64,000 nucleotides of DNA from Bythopirellula sp. (GCA_965216565.1 OZ244170.1:2272001-2336000); one strand, 5' to 3'. Shown: positions 22,127 through 32,974, counted from the stretch's first letter. Notes: generated by a model from the sequence alone, not told the origin. A program made the numbers and translations.

Positions 22127-23554
22127 ATGCTTCAAGATTCCTATCCCTATTACTTGGCAAACAAGCCGCAGAGCCCCAATACCGATTTGGAGGTCACCGA
22201 CAAGTACACCGGCGAAGTAGCGACGCGTGTGGCCCTTGCCGATCCCGCGGCCATCGATCAAGCAATCGCTGCGACCGTCAAGGCGAGCGAGCCGATGCGC
22301 AAGCTTCCGCCCTACGAACGGCAAGCTGTGTTGCAGCATTGTGTCGACCGCTTCACCGAGCGATTCGACGAACTAGCGATGTCGCTGTGTATCGAAGCCG
22401 GCAAGCCAATCAAGGACAGTCGCGGAGAAGTCTCGCGACTAATTGATACCTTCCGCGTTGCTGCCGAGGAGTCGGTCCGCATCGAAGGGGACGTGCTGAA
22501 TTTAGAAATCTCCGAGCGTGCCAAGGGATACCGAGGTATGACGCAGCAGGTACCGGTGGGCCCTTGCTCATTTATCTCGCCATTCAATTTCCCGCTGAAT
22601 CTGGCGGCCCATAAAATTGCCCCGGCCATTGCCGCGGGATGTCCGTTCGTCCTCAAGCCCGCCAGCCGCACCCCGATCGGGGCGATCATCATCGGCGAAA
22701 TCCTGGCCGAAACCGATCTTCCCCCCGGCGCGTTTTCCATTCTTCCCTGTCGCCGCGACGGTGCCGATTTGTTCACCGTAGACGACCGACTGAAACTGCT
22801 CAGCTTTACCGGCTCCCCCGGCGTCGGGTGGGATCTCAAGGCCAAGGCCGGCAAAAAGAAGGTTGTCTTGGAACTGGGTGGCAATGCCGCATGTGTTGTC
22901 GACCAGGATGTCGACTTGGAAGATGCAGTGCAACGTCTCGTCGTGGGTGCCTTCTATCAATCTGGCCAAAGTTGTATTGGTGTTCAGCGGATTCTCATCC
23001 ACGAATCTATTTACGACGAACTGAAAGAACGACTTGTAGCGGCGAGTTCCAAACTGATTGCCGGCGATCCCAAGAATGACGATACCTTCATCGGTCCGAT
23101 GATTGCCGAATCGGAAGCAGAGCGATTGAAGAATTGGATCGATGCCGCAGTGGACGCCGGCGGCAAGGTCTTGTGCGGCGGCAAACGTGACGGGGCCATG
23201 CTCGAGGCAACGTTGCTAGAGGACGTGCCCCGCGACATGAAAATCTGCACCGAAGAAGCGTTCGGCCCGGTCGCTGTGCTGAGCCGCTTTTCAGATTTCG
23301 ACCAGGCACTAGTGGACGTCAACGATAGTGATTTCGGCTTACAAGCCGGCATCTTCACCCGCGACGTATACAAAATGTTGCGCGCGTGGGACGAACTCGA
23401 AGTTGGCGGTGTCGTCATCGGCGACGTCCCCTCCTGGCGCGTCGACAACATGCCCTACGGCGGCGTAAAGGACAGCGGCTTAGGCCGCGAAGGTATTCGT
23501 TACGCCATCGAAGACATGACCGAAGAGCGACTACTCGTCATCCGCACGCCGTAA
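22127..23554 (+). CDS. aldehyde dehydrogenase family protein
   Basis: PFNFP, LKPA, FTGS, LELGGN, GQSC, EEAFGP, PYGGVKDSGLGREG. Confidence 0.93.
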   Translation: MLQDSYPYYLANKPQSPNTDLEVTDKYTGEVATRVALADPAAIDQAIAATVKASEPMRKLPPYERQAVLQHCVDRFTERFDELAMSLCIEAGKPIKDSRGEVSRLIDTFRVAAEESVRIEGDVLNLEISERAKGYRGMTQQVPVGPCSFISPFNFPLNLAAHKIAPAIAAGCPFVLKPASRTPIGAIIIGEILAETDLPPGAFSILPCRRDGADLFTVDDRLKLLSFTGSPGVGWDLKAKAGKKKVVLELGGNAACVVDQDVDLEDAVQRLVVGAFYQSGQSCIGVQRILIHESIYDELKERLVAASSKLIAGDPKNDDTFIGPMIAESEAERLKNWIDAAVDAGGKVLCGGKRDGAMLEATLLEDVPRDMKICTEEAFGPVAVLSRFSDFDQALVDVNDSDFGLQAGIFTRDVYKMLRAWDELEVGGVVIGDVPSWRVDNMPYGGVKDSGLGREGIRYAIEDMTEERLLVIRTP

Positions 23555-23645
23555 CCTCCCCGCAAATCGATCCGAACCGCAACCATCCCTCAATATTCAC
23601 TCGAGAGCCTCACCCCTACTTGAACACTCTGGTAGACTCTTCGTT

Positions 23646-24152
23646 ATGGAAAACTCTCCTCAACGTAGCACTTGGCGATTCTCTCTTCGCGAAATGCTTC
23701 TTTCAATGGCAGCCATCGCAGCAGTCTTGGCCTTGTTAGTAACAAACAAACCGTATTCGTCGACATCATTCCCAACCGCACTTGATGAAAAGGCGATTCT
23801 GAGCCAGATAGCCACTGATTTGGGACTTTCGATTGAGTATGAAACAGGCTCCGGCACTGGCGCTGTTGACTGGAGCGAAGGTTGGCGAGATGCAAACTTG
23901 CTTGTTACCACCCCAGACGTCGAAGCTTTCCAAAAACGTGTCATGCCAGAATTCCAGAATCGCATAAGGGACATTATTGATAATGCGGGCGGTACGTCCG
24001 AGATCATCTTAGAAAAACCCTCTGGCAATTCGAAGTTGAAGGCTTTCACAATGCAGTACCACATTCGAGGGACAACTGGAAGAGTTCGGGTGATTTCTAT
24101 CAAGCAAGAGGACAACAAGTTCCGGATTCTTTTTTTTGTGGATGAATGGTGA
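23646..24152 (+). CDS. hypothetical membrane-anchored protein
   Basis: planctomycete-type WRFSLREMLL N-terminus followed by a hydrophobic segment. Confidence 0.6.
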   Translation: MENSPQRSTWRFSLREMLLSMAAIAAVLALLVTNKPYSSTSFPTALDEKAILSQIATDLGLSIEYETGSGTGAVDWSEGWRDANLLVTTPDVEAFQKRVMPEFQNRIRDIIDNAGGTSEIILEKPSGNSKLKAFTMQYHIRGTTGRVRVISIKQEDNKFRILFFVDEW

Positions 24153-24450
24153 AACGCCTCACAATGTTTAACAAGAGTCCAATCCCGCACACAGGCTCTT
24201 CTTACTTGGCATATAGAAGTAACATTCCGTAAAACAAGCCTCGCCGAAGATCGTCTATTCCGGCCTTGATAACATTTAGTTAGTCATTCTGTTGTTGGGT
24301 ATTGCTAAATAGAAGTCCCTGCGCTCTTCATCGAGCGATCCACTCTCTTCACCTTGCGCAGAACTCATTTGGTTCTCTTGACAGCGATGCTATGCTGATC
24401 GGAAGATCAGTGCATGTCACATTCTTCTCCATAGTAACGGTGAACAAACT

Positions 24451-26100
24451 ATGTACTGCTCCACGCTCTCGAACGTCGGCTTAACAATCGTTCTCGTTGG
24501 GGCCCACATCATGGGTGTCTCCAGTTTCGCGCTGGGCGAAGATACGATTGATGCCGATGTCTTGCTTGTCGGGGGCACCATTTTCGATGGCACCGGTGCG
24601 ACGCCCATCGAGGGTGATGTGGCAATAGCCGAGGGCCGCATCGTTGCCGTGGGTGAGTTTGAAACTGGAACCGTTGGCAGAAAGATTCCCTGTGCTGGCC
24701 TGATGATTGCCCCCGGCTTTATCGATCTGCACAACCATAGCGACTTCAGCGTCACCAACATCAACAAAGGCGAGGGCGACCCCAACAAAGTCCCGCGCAT
24801 TTTGATGGATCAGACCCGCGAGTCGGCTTGCTATCTGACGCAGGGTTGCACGACGATCGTCACCGGCAATTGCGGGGGTGGAGCGGTTGATGTCGCAGCC
24901 TATTACCAGGCGCTGGACGAAAACAACCCTGGCGTGAACGTAGCGCATTTGTTGCCGCATGGTTCGTTGCGGGCGAAAGTCATCGGCGAAACGCGTCGTG
25001 CGCCCTCAGATGCCGAGCTGGCTGAAATGAAGCTACTCGCTCAGCGGGCAATGGACGAGGGGGCCTGGGGGATGTCCACCGGTTTGCAGTACGTGCCAGG
25101 ATCGTTTGCCGAGACCGATGAGTTGGCCGAGATCGCCGGCGTAGTTGGCAAAAACGGCGGCATTTATGCCAGTCACATGCGCGACGAAGGCGACGAGCTC
25201 ATCGAAGCGATTGAAGAAACCATCGAGATCGGTCGTCGCGGCAATCTGCCCGTGCATATCTCGCACCTGAAATCGAGCCGACGTCGTAACTGGGGCAAGG
25301 TCCGTGTGGCGGCGACGGTCGTCAACAAAGCACGCGAGGAAGGCCACCGCGTCACCGCGGATCAATACCCCTACGATGCCAGCAGCACGTCGATCACCGC
25401 GATGCTCCTTCCCGATGAGGAGCGCGAAGGTGGCAGGGATGCAACCGTGGCCCGCTTGAACGATCCCAACCAAATCCCGCGGCTCAAAGCGCTCGTCGAA
25501 GAAAACCTGGAAGCCCGGGGCGGGATCATGGTGGCTGGCTGTCCCAAACATCCAAAGTGGATTGGGCGAATGATCCGCGAGATCGCCGAGGCCGAAGATC
25601 GACCTGCCGCAGAGATTGCCTTGGACATTCTCCGCACCGGAGACGAGTCGGGCGTCAGCTTTAGCATGGACGAACGTGACGTGCGGTTCGTGATGACACT
25701 TCCCTGGGCCGCGACCGCTTCGGACGGCAGTGTGAAAATCGCCGACGACACGAAACCCCATCCCCGCAGTTTCGGCACATTCCCCCGTCGCATTGGCCGC
25801 TTTGCCATTGAAGAAGGCGTCGTCCCCGTGGAAAAAGCGATCCGCAGCGCTTCCGGACTTCCCGCTGATATTATAGGTCTCCAGGACCGAGGCTATCTCA
25901 AACCCGGCTACGTGGCCGATGTGGTGGTATTCGATCCAGAAACCTTCCGCGACCATGCCACCTTTCAATCGCCGTTCGAATTCTCGACCGGCGTGAAGTG
26001 GGTACTGCTTGGAGGAAACTTCGCCATCGAAGATGGCAACCTCACCCAGCCCGATGCGGGGCAGCCACTACGCAAGTCGACCGCCAAATCACTCGACTAA
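24451..26100 (+). CDS. N-acyl-D-amino-acid deacylase family amidohydrolase
   Basis: PGFIDLHNHSD, GNCG, STGL.Y.PG, HISHLK, DQYPY, SDG, HPRSFGTF. Confidence 0.88.
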   Translation: MYCSTLSNVGLTIVLVGAHIMGVSSFALGEDTIDADVLLVGGTIFDGTGATPIEGDVAIAEGRIVAVGEFETGTVGRKIPCAGLMIAPGFIDLHNHSDFSVTNINKGEGDPNKVPRILMDQTRESACYLTQGCTTIVTGNCGGGAVDVAAYYQALDENNPGVNVAHLLPHGSLRAKVIGETRRAPSDAELAEMKLLAQRAMDEGAWGMSTGLQYVPGSFAETDELAEIAGVVGKNGGIYASHMRDEGDELIEAIEETIEIGRRGNLPVHISHLKSSRRRNWGKVRVAATVVNKAREEGHRVTADQYPYDASSTSITAMLLPDEEREGGRDATVARLNDPNQIPRLKALVEENLEARGGIMVAGCPKHPKWIGRMIREIAEAEDRPAAEIALDILRTGDESGVSFSMDERDVRFVMTLPWAATASDGSVKIADDTKPHPRSFGTFPRRIGRFAIEEGVVPVEKAIRSASGLPADIIGLQDRGYLKPGYVADVVVFDPETFRDHATFQSPFEFSTGVKWVLLGGNFAIEDGNLTQPDAGQPLRKSTAKSLD

Positions 26101-26297
26101 TAGACTCGTTAAACCTAGATCCGTCACCAACTCGCACGCAGGAACCGAACTACGGAGTACCAATCGATTGCATGTCGCCCGTTGGCAATGGAGACACATT
26201 CAAGGAACTATGGAGACACAATCAATAAACATAGCCCAGCAGCCGCACCCTGCTGCTGCAGCCATTCTCTATCGTAAGAAACTACCGACCTGAGAGC

Positions 26298-26492
26298 CTA
26301 TTGATCTTCGTCGGCGTCCATCTCCGACTCTTCTCCCTCCTCATAGGCACTTTCAACTTGGTCGCTGGGCAGATAGTCGAGATCCCAGTGCGACGTATGA
26401 TCAGTCTTCACTTTCTCCGAATGAATCTTATCCTCTTCGTCGCCGTTATCTTTTGGATCTTCTTGGTCCGGGATTTCGTCAGGTTCGCTCAT
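26298..26492 (-). CDS. small acidic hypothetical protein
   Basis: 64-aa Asp/Glu-rich ORF with GGAG upstream. Confidence 0.45.
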   Translation of the reverse strand: MSEPDEIPDQEDPKDNGDEEDKIHSEKVKTDHTSHWDLDYLPSDQVESAYEEGEESEMDADEDQ

Positions 26493-26812
26493 CGTGGTCT
26501 CCGTATGGTGATTCAGCCGTACCTTGTTAATACTAGACCCTAATTGAATCTAGCAAAGGGCCTAAGTAAGCCAAGCACGGTTGAATCCCATTAGACCTGA
26601 TAAACTTTTTCATGTTGGTACAGCAACTTCTGCTGAAAGTAGCGATCGTAAACTCTTTAAATGCTCGACCCCACCGACTTCGTCGGCCAAGTCGGCCAAG
26701 TAACGGCGCGATTGGCCAACAAATTCGCACTCGGCAGCCTATTTCGCTACAATTTGGGTCTGCTTGTCTCTCTCCTTCGACATGCTCGCCATGGTCTCGG
26801 AAAGCCGGTGCG

Positions 26813-27970
26813 ATGAAACAATCGAAATCAGGAATCTCTCTGCTGGAACTGCTGATCGTAATGATCACGGTCGGATTACTTGGCGTTTTCTCAGTAAGTG
26901 GCATCCTGAAAGCCCGGGAAAAGACTCGGCAATCGCGGTGTGCTCTCAAATTGAAGAAGATCCTCCGTGGCGTGCAGCAATACGAAAATACCCAAGGCTG
27001 CTATCCCCCGGGACGGCTCTTTCCCGACTTCGCAAAGAACGGACAAATCAAACGAGGGTATACCAATTACCAGAGCATTCCTCAGACTGAAGAATATAGT
27101 ACTGGGTTCTACTCTGTTCATACCTGGATTCTTCCCTACGTCCGAGCGAGTCATATCTTTGACATGATCGATTTCTCCCGCGCTCAAGGGAAGAAGATGG
27201 AGAATCCCCGCAATATCAATTTCGACGCCTATGTCAAACCGATGCCACTGTTCAGATGTCCGGCAGATGTTAGCACTGAAAAAAGACCCACTGAAAACAA
27301 CTATCGCTACAACTTCGGCGGAGACACTCCAGGTGCCGGAATAAAGACTTGGGATGGGCTTGACAGCAAACCGAGCCGCTTCGATCAATGGTTCGTTGGA
27401 GGCACAGGAGCATTCACGATTGGTCTCAAAGGCCTAGAGACCGGTGAATTTGAGGATGGTTTGACTCACACAGTCTTCTTCTCGGAGAGAACAAGGGGAG
27501 AAAATGGGGATCCAAATCTCCCACCCAGCCAAACCGACATGGTGCGATGTCGGTCGGTTCCCAATCCCCTAGGTTCTGTTGAATTTCTATTTGAGTTGCT
27601 TGATGGTATGGAGAATAGAGATACTGGCTTCATTTTTCGTGCTGCTGGGAGCTGGCCAAAGGAAAATGCTTTCTCTGATGGCTGGCCTTTTGGCATGTAC
27701 ACTGCGACTCAATATAATCACGTCTCTCCACCTAACTGGAGAAGGACGGATTGCGGCGTCAGCTTCGTTTCCGATACACCTCTAGAACACGCCATTGTCG
27801 CCGCCCGCAGCCGACACCCCAACTCCGTAAACGTCGCCTATGGCGATGGCAGGGTGAAAAACATCAAAGACGATATCGACCTCACCATCTGGCGAGCCTT
27901 AGGTTCTCGCAACGGCGGGGAACTCATTCCTCAAAAACGATCTCGCCGTCCCCGTCGTCGACCATTTTAG
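26813..27970 (+). CDS. DUF1559 prepilin-type protein
   Basis: GISLLELLIV, ARE..R...C, ILPY, FRCP.D, DGLTHT...SE, SRHP..VNV...DG.V. Confidence 0.85.
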   Translation: MKQSKSGISLLELLIVMITVGLLGVFSVSGILKAREKTRQSRCALKLKKILRGVQQYENTQGCYPPGRLFPDFAKNGQIKRGYTNYQSIPQTEEYSTGFYSVHTWILPYVRASHIFDMIDFSRAQGKKMENPRNINFDAYVKPMPLFRCPADVSTEKRPTENNYRYNFGGDTPGAGIKTWDGLDSKPSRFDQWFVGGTGAFTIGLKGLETGEFEDGLTHTVFFSERTRGENGDPNLPPSQTDMVRCRSVPNPLGSVEFLFELLDGMENRDTGFIFRAAGSWPKENAFSDGWPFGMYTATQYNHVSPPNWRRTDCGVSFVSDTPLEHAIVAARSRHPNSVNVAYGDGRVKNIKDDIDLTIWRALGSRNGGELIPQKRSRRPRRRPF

Positions 27971-27986
27971 ATCGGAGCTTCTGAAC

Positions 27987-28694
27987 GTGTCGAACCACTC
28001 AACTACCACTAAATTTACATCTGGGTTCCCACTTCTATTGCTATGTCTCTGCGGCGGAGTACTCGCAGGAGTCGTCTATTCTCAGGATACTCCAGAAAAA
28101 TCTAGAGTGGCCGATACGGGGGGATTAATGAACAGCCATCGCCTAGGCAAACTGCTCAAACAGCATTTCCCCGCAGCTCCCTTTCAACACAATGGCGCTG
28201 GTATGTGGATGATACAAGTCGACGCTGACCCGGATGAGAAAGCAGTCTCAGAAAACGAAGAAAATTCTACTACTGAGAAAAACGGTGCGGTAACCGATGA
28301 AGGGGAGGAAGGGGCAGCACCAGATATCATGAACGGCATGATGCTGGTGATGACCGACGAGCAGGCCAACCGTATGCGAATCATGATGCCCATCAAGACT
28401 TTCGATCCTGGTAATGCAGAAGACCTGAAGACAGCGCTAATCGCCCTACATGCCAACTACGACCGTGCTCTCGATGCTCGCTACGCTGTAAGTGAGGGTA
28501 TTCTGTGGTCTGCCTTCATCCATCCCTTGGGTTCGCTCACCGAAGATGATCTCGACAGTGCGATCGAGCAAGTTCGCACACTACGCAAAAACACCGGCAC
28601 AAGCTACAGTAGCGGCGCTCTGCAATTCGCCCCCCGACCCGCCGAGCAGCCCGACGAAGATGCGGACGAGCCGCCCGGTGATCCTACCGTGTGA
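27987..28694 (+). CDS. secreted hypothetical protein, possibly YbjN/CesT-like domain
   Basis: signal peptide; RMRIM.P, ANYDRALDARYA, LWSAFIHPL. Confidence 0.55.
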   Translation: MSNHSTTTKFTSGFPLLLLCLCGGVLAGVVYSQDTPEKSRVADTGGLMNSHRLGKLLKQHFPAAPFQHNGAGMWMIQVDADPDEKAVSENEENSTTEKNGAVTDEGEEGAAPDIMNGMMLVMTDEQANRMRIMMPIKTFDPGNAEDLKTALIALHANYDRALDARYAVSEGILWSAFIHPLGSLTEDDLDSAIEQVRTLRKNTGTSYSSGALQFAPRPAEQPDEDADEPPGDPTV

Positions 28695-28744
28695 GTCTTT
28701 TTTCGCGAACCAACCTGGCGATATCGCCCTCTCGGATCGTTGCT

Positions 28745-30127
28745 ATGAATCGCTTTCTACTTGTCGTTATGTTGTTCAGTCTCGGTACGATTAGCGTTGT
28801 CGCAGGAGAAACCGAGTTCAACAGTCCACCTGTAGCTGTCCGATTTTGGGGCCAGGGAATGATCTCCATCGAGACTTGGTGGAATCTAACCGTGGTGATC
28901 GACCCTTACGATGAAAGAATTGGATACGACCGGCTCGGTTACGAGGAGATTGACTATCAAGGCCCCAAACTCACCGCGGACTTGGTACTAATCACGAAAG
29001 AGCAGTCCGACTACAACAAGCCCAATGCCGTGAAAGGAAAACCTGTTATCGTGCAGGGGCTCGACCCGCAGGGTAGGGTGCAAATGACCTGGGGTGCACT
29101 CGATCGACCAGCCAATGCCAAATCACCCACCTGGCAACAGGGAACCAGCGACGAGCCACGTCCAAAAAATCTATCCCCTCACGCCGTGGTGGTCGAAACC
29201 CTCGCCGCCAAGCGGTACAAGTCGACGGGCGACGCCGGAGAGGCTGTGGCAATTTTTGTCGTCGAAGTCGGTGGCGTCCGCATCGCGCACTTGGGTGAAT
29301 TTTGGCCGGCGCGGCTCACTGACATTCAGCTCAAGTCTCTTGGAAGCATCGATGTCCTTTGCGTTCCTCAGGGAGAGGGCAGCACGGTTGATGCTGAACA
29401 CGCTTGGACCATGGTTGAACAAATTCGCCCGCGGTTCCTAGTATCTCTCGATTACAAGCGAGATTGGCAAGCCAAAGCAGGAGCAGTCGGCACGGCGATT
29501 CTTGAAAAATACCCGGGAGCTATGATTCGCGACGGTAATACGTTGGCTGTCTCCGCCGCCGAAGCCGTGGAAGATCAGGATCCTCTCCATGTGATTCTCA
29601 TGTTCAAGCCCTGGCAGCCCGACGGAGAGCTAGAAGCCCTGATGAAAAAGATGGACGAGTCGTGTCACGCAGCGCAAGAAGTATTCGCCCCTCTCTCAGC
29701 CAACCAAATGAATTGGAAACCGCCCAACGGCACCCACACGCCGCGCTGGAATACCGAACATATGATGGGAAGACAACTTGGCTTTTTCTCTCAAATTTTC
29801 GCGGCCGCCAATCATCAGCTCTTCTCAGAGATCGACCCCAAATGGTCGATGATGTCGCCCATTGATTTGAATCCAAAGCAAATGCCCGCCGATTACCAAC
29901 CTGCACATCCCGATTGGAACGGAGCCGAAGAAGCCCGGCAAATGCAACGGGCAAATTCTTACGTCCGGCGGTTTGCCTATCTGCTGGATGACGTCGAGCT
30001 TGATGAACAGGCTCCCGGCAGTCGGTGGACGCTCCGTGGCTTACTTAAACAAATGGATCGCCACTTCACAGAACATACCGCGAACGTGCAGAAAAAATTT
30101 GAACTAGAGGGTTGGCCGGAGAAGTAG
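28745..30127 (+). CDS. MBL-fold plus DinB-like fusion protein, secreted
   Basis: N-terminal VVIDPY/ADLVLIT/GVRIAHLG MBL scaffold; C-terminal HTPRWNTEH...RHFTEH DinB-like region. Confidence 0.7.
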   Translation: MNRFLLVVMLFSLGTISVVAGETEFNSPPVAVRFWGQGMISIETWWNLTVVIDPYDERIGYDRLGYEEIDYQGPKLTADLVLITKEQSDYNKPNAVKGKPVIVQGLDPQGRVQMTWGALDRPANAKSPTWQQGTSDEPRPKNLSPHAVVVETLAAKRYKSTGDAGEAVAIFVVEVGGVRIAHLGEFWPARLTDIQLKSLGSIDVLCVPQGEGSTVDAEHAWTMVEQIRPRFLVSLDYKRDWQAKAGAVGTAILEKYPGAMIRDGNTLAVSAAEAVEDQDPLHVILMFKPWQPDGELEALMKKMDESCHAAQEVFAPLSANQMNWKPPNGTHTPRWNTEHMMGRQLGFFSQIFAAANHQLFSEIDPKWSMMSPIDLNPKQMPADYQPAHPDWNGAEEARQMQRANSYVRRFAYLLDDVELDEQAPGSRWTLRGLLKQMDRHFTEHTANVQKKFELEGWPEK

Positions 30128-30250
30128 CGATTGCTTAGCCCGGCCGGTACTGCACGACCATTAGGCTGGTTGCCCCTTGGCCCTAAGTCAACCAGTGGCC
30201 ACAAGGCAATCGGTGACCCAAAGGCAAACTGGGCGAAATCAAGAAGTAAG

Positions 30251-30322
30251 CTAGCCCGCCAGGACTTGAACCTGGAATGAGGGAATCAGAATCCCTAGTG
30301 TTACCAATTACACTACGGGCCA
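30251..30322 (-). tRNA. tRNA-Gln (anticodon CTG)
   Basis: TGGCCCG/CGGGCTA acceptor, GTGT-AATTGGTA-ACAC D arm, AGGGA-TTCTGAT-TCCCT anticodon arm, CCAGG-TTCAAGT-CCTGG T arm; CCA not encoded. Confidence 0.95.
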
Positions 30323-30413
30323 ATGTGGGGTCGCTACCTGTGGGGAACGAACCTGCCGCAACTCGATACCCTACGTCTGACGCGGGCCAGCGTCAAGATC
30401 GTCGCCGGAGGGC

Positions 30414-30488
30414 GGGTGGCTGGGGTCGAACAAAGTGAGCCCCCAGTCGGAGCGGTTTGGGAGCTCGTTACACTCGATCTCAGCCTCC
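30414..30488. repeat. degenerate REP-like inverted pair (GGGTGGCTGGGGTCGAA...GAGCCCCCAG)
   Basis: 30414-30446 imperfectly complementary to 30457-30488. Confidence 0.55.
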
Positions 30489-30637
30489 TGAAATTCGAAG
30501 TGAACCACTACCCGATCACCCAACAGTTGACGGCGCAGTCGGTACAACTTTAGAATCGCAGGGTTGTCTCCCATTGATTCTCCAGGCGTTCCCCGATTGC
30601 GACGCACCCTGGATCCCGCCAACCCCATGCGACTGCT

Positions 30638-32356
30638 ATGGCAAGTTTGAAGGTGCTCGAAGGGCTCGAGCCTGGTAAACAATTTCCACTTGATGGGTCT
30701 GAATGGGTGATCGGCCGCAGCCCCGACTGCGACGTGATTCTGGAGGTGGCCGCCGTCAGCCGTAAGCACCTCGTCCTGCGCAAGCAAAACGGTCAATTCG
30801 TGGTCGAGGACCTGGGCAGCCGCAATGGCACCTATATCAATGGGACGCGCGTCAACGAAAACGCAGTTCTCCGGCATCGCGACCAAATGCTGATTTGCGA
30901 TATCCTCTTTCAGTTTGAAGGCGACGAACCTGCCAGCGACTTGTCGGGTGCCGGGCCAAGTGGCGGCTCGTCACTCATTGCCTCCGATCCTGGCGAATCT
31001 GGAATCAACCTGGACGGTGTCGCCAATGTCGCGGATTCCGAGCCAGGTAGCATCATGGCCACGCTCGATGTCGGCACGAGTCCGCTCAGTTCTTGGTCAA
31101 CGACTGCCAAGCCCGAAGCCCAACTCGAAGCCATGGTCGAAATCTCAAACAGCCTGGCCAATACCCTCTCGATGAAAGAAATCTTACCTAAGATTCTGGA
31201 GAGCTTATTTAAGATCTTTGTCCAAGCAGATCGCGGCTTCGTCATGATGCGGCCCAAGCCAGAAGCCGATATCGTCCCGGTAGCCGTCAAAGCACGCCGC
31301 GATGAAGACAAACAATCGATGCGGGTCAGCCGCACAATTGTTACACAGGCCTTGGAAGACCAGCAGGCCATTCTCTCAGCCGATGCGTCGACCGACGAAC
31401 GATTTAGCCAGGCCCAGAGCATTGCCGACTTTGAGATCCGTTCCCTGATCTGTGCTCCTATGATCTCCAACGATGGCGAGTCGCTGGGTGTCATTCAAAT
31501 TGACACGAACAATCAGCGCAGTCGATTTACCGATCAAGATTTACAGATTCTGGCAGGCGTGGCGAGCCAGGCTTCCATCGCCCTCGATAACGCTCGCATG
31601 TTAGAAGCGGCAGTGCAGCAGCGCGCCCTGCAGCGTGACCTAGAAGTCGCCCATCAGATGCAACATGCCCTGTTGCCGAACAGTTCGCCCCAGGTGCCGG
31701 GATACCACTTTTTTGAATTCTACGAAGCGGCCAGCCAGGTTGGCGGCGATTACTACGACTATGTGATGTTGCCCGACGATCGCTTTGCCGCGGTGGTGGG
31801 CGATGTGGCAGGCAAAGGCGTTTCGGCAGCGATCTTGATGGCAAAGCTCTCCAGCGACGTGCGATTCTGGCTAGCGCGCGAGCCCGACGCCGCAAAAGCT
31901 CTGGGACATATCAATAACGCATTCTCGCAACACGGCTGGGACGATCGCTTCGTTACGATGGTGGTGGCAGTCGTCGACCCGAACAAGAACGAGCTGACGC
32001 TAGTGAATGCGGGTCATATGCCTCCCTTGCTACGACAGCGGGAAGGCGAGGTGCTGGAAATTGGTGGCGAAGAGGCCGGATTGCCGCTCGGCGTAATGGA
32101 AGATTACGAGTACGAGGCGTACAAGCGCAAACTGGAACCGGCCGACTTTCTTACCATATTCACCGACGGCTTTAGCGAAGCGATGGATTCCAACCGCGAT
32201 CTATTCGGCATGGAAAAACTCATCGAAGTCGTTGGCAATCGCGAAGTAGGCTCGCACGACCTGGGCAAGCATGTGCTGCAGAATGTTCGCGACTTTGCAG
32301 GAGACTATCCCCAAAGCGACGACATGTGTCTAGTTTGCTTTGGTCGCGACGAATGA
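30638..32356 (+). CDS. FHA-GAF-SpoIIE (PP2C) protein phosphatase
   Basis: IGR, VSRKH, DLGSRNGTYING; GAF region; VGGDYYD, GDVAGKG, NAGH, FTDG, DDMC. Confidence 0.9.
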   Translation: MASLKVLEGLEPGKQFPLDGSEWVIGRSPDCDVILEVAAVSRKHLVLRKQNGQFVVEDLGSRNGTYINGTRVNENAVLRHRDQMLICDILFQFEGDEPASDLSGAGPSGGSSLIASDPGESGINLDGVANVADSEPGSIMATLDVGTSPLSSWSTTAKPEAQLEAMVEISNSLANTLSMKEILPKILESLFKIFVQADRGFVMMRPKPEADIVPVAVKARRDEDKQSMRVSRTIVTQALEDQQAILSADASTDERFSQAQSIADFEIRSLICAPMISNDGESLGVIQIDTNNQRSRFTDQDLQILAGVASQASIALDNARMLEAAVQQRALQRDLEVAHQMQHALLPNSSPQVPGYHFFEFYEAASQVGGDYYDYVMLPDDRFAAVVGDVAGKGVSAAILMAKLSSDVRFWLAREPDAAKALGHINNAFSQHGWDDRFVTMVVAVVDPNKNELTLVNAGHMPPLLRQREGEVLEIGGEEAGLPLGVMEDYEYEAYKRKLEPADFLTIFTDGFSEAMDSNRDLFGMEKLIEVVGNREVGSHDLGKHVLQNVRDFAGDYPQSDDMCLVCFGRDE

Positions 32357-32365
32357 CCAGAGTTT

Positions 32366-32451
32366 GATGTGAGATCTTTGATCGACGATGTTAGTTCTTG
32401 TAGCCTGAACTTTTTCTTACATCAACAATCACAGATCTTACATCACACATC
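32366..32451. repeat. inverted arrays of imperfect 7-bp tandem repeats (GATNNNN / NNNNATC)
   Basis: 4 units at 32366-32393 and 5 reverse units at 32417-32451, between convergent genes. Confidence 0.55.
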
Positions 32452-32453
32452 CA

Positions 32454-32681
32454 TTAGGCCCAGTTGACTTGCAACTGATTCTCAACGCGTTCGACTCCAT
32501 CGAGTCGCAACACGATTTCTTGGGCCATCTGTTTCTGAAAGAATGAGGCAACTGTGCCTTCGATGCGAACATGTCCCTCATCGTGCTCGACAACCATGTC
32601 TTGATTGACGATATAGGGGCTATTGGAGAGTGCCCCGTGAATTTTTTCGATGAGTGGCTGAGAGGTTAGGATCGCTTCCAT
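32454..32681 (-). CDS. BON domain protein
   Basis: G.V.IEGTV.SFFQKQMAQE, GVERVENQLQV. Confidence 0.8.
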   Translation of the reverse strand: MEAILTSQPLIEKIHGALSNSPYIVNQDMVVEHDEGHVRIEGTVASFFQKQMAQEIVLRLDGVERVENQLQVNWA

Positions 32682-32912
32682 TGTTTGCTCGTGCTCGGTA
32701 GAAGGGCGGGAGGGGCCAGGCATTCCGAAGGGCGGAGACAAGCGTCAGCAGACTGCTGCTCCAAATCAATATCGGCCATGAATTGACTCCAGGCCCAGTT
32801 CAGCAGACTTCCGATCAGGAAATTGCAGAAAACTTGTCCGGTCGTGCGGGGTCTGCAGATTGCACGAGGATTTTTCAGGGGCGGGACCCCACCAAAGGCC
32901 CACCTCGCCATA

Positions 32913-32941
32913 GCAATCCCCCGGCTCCGCCGGGGGATTGC
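32913..32941. repeat. perfect 13-bp hairpin (REP-like or terminator)
   Basis: gcaatcccccggc-tcc-gccgggggattgc. Confidence 0.6.
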
Positions 32942-32974
32942 GGCTGGTTACATTGTTGCGCGATGCCCTGATTC

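Noticed and set aside
25033..25968. Long antisense ORFs (e.g. 25033-25968, 36111-36908, 3655-4377) and same-strand alternate-frame ORFs (e.g. 38856-39761)
   Set aside because: Shadow frames overlapping well-supported genes in GC-rich DNA.
30251..30322. tRNA-Gln as an island integration site
   Set aside because: No integrase and no duplicated tRNA 3' end seen in the window.
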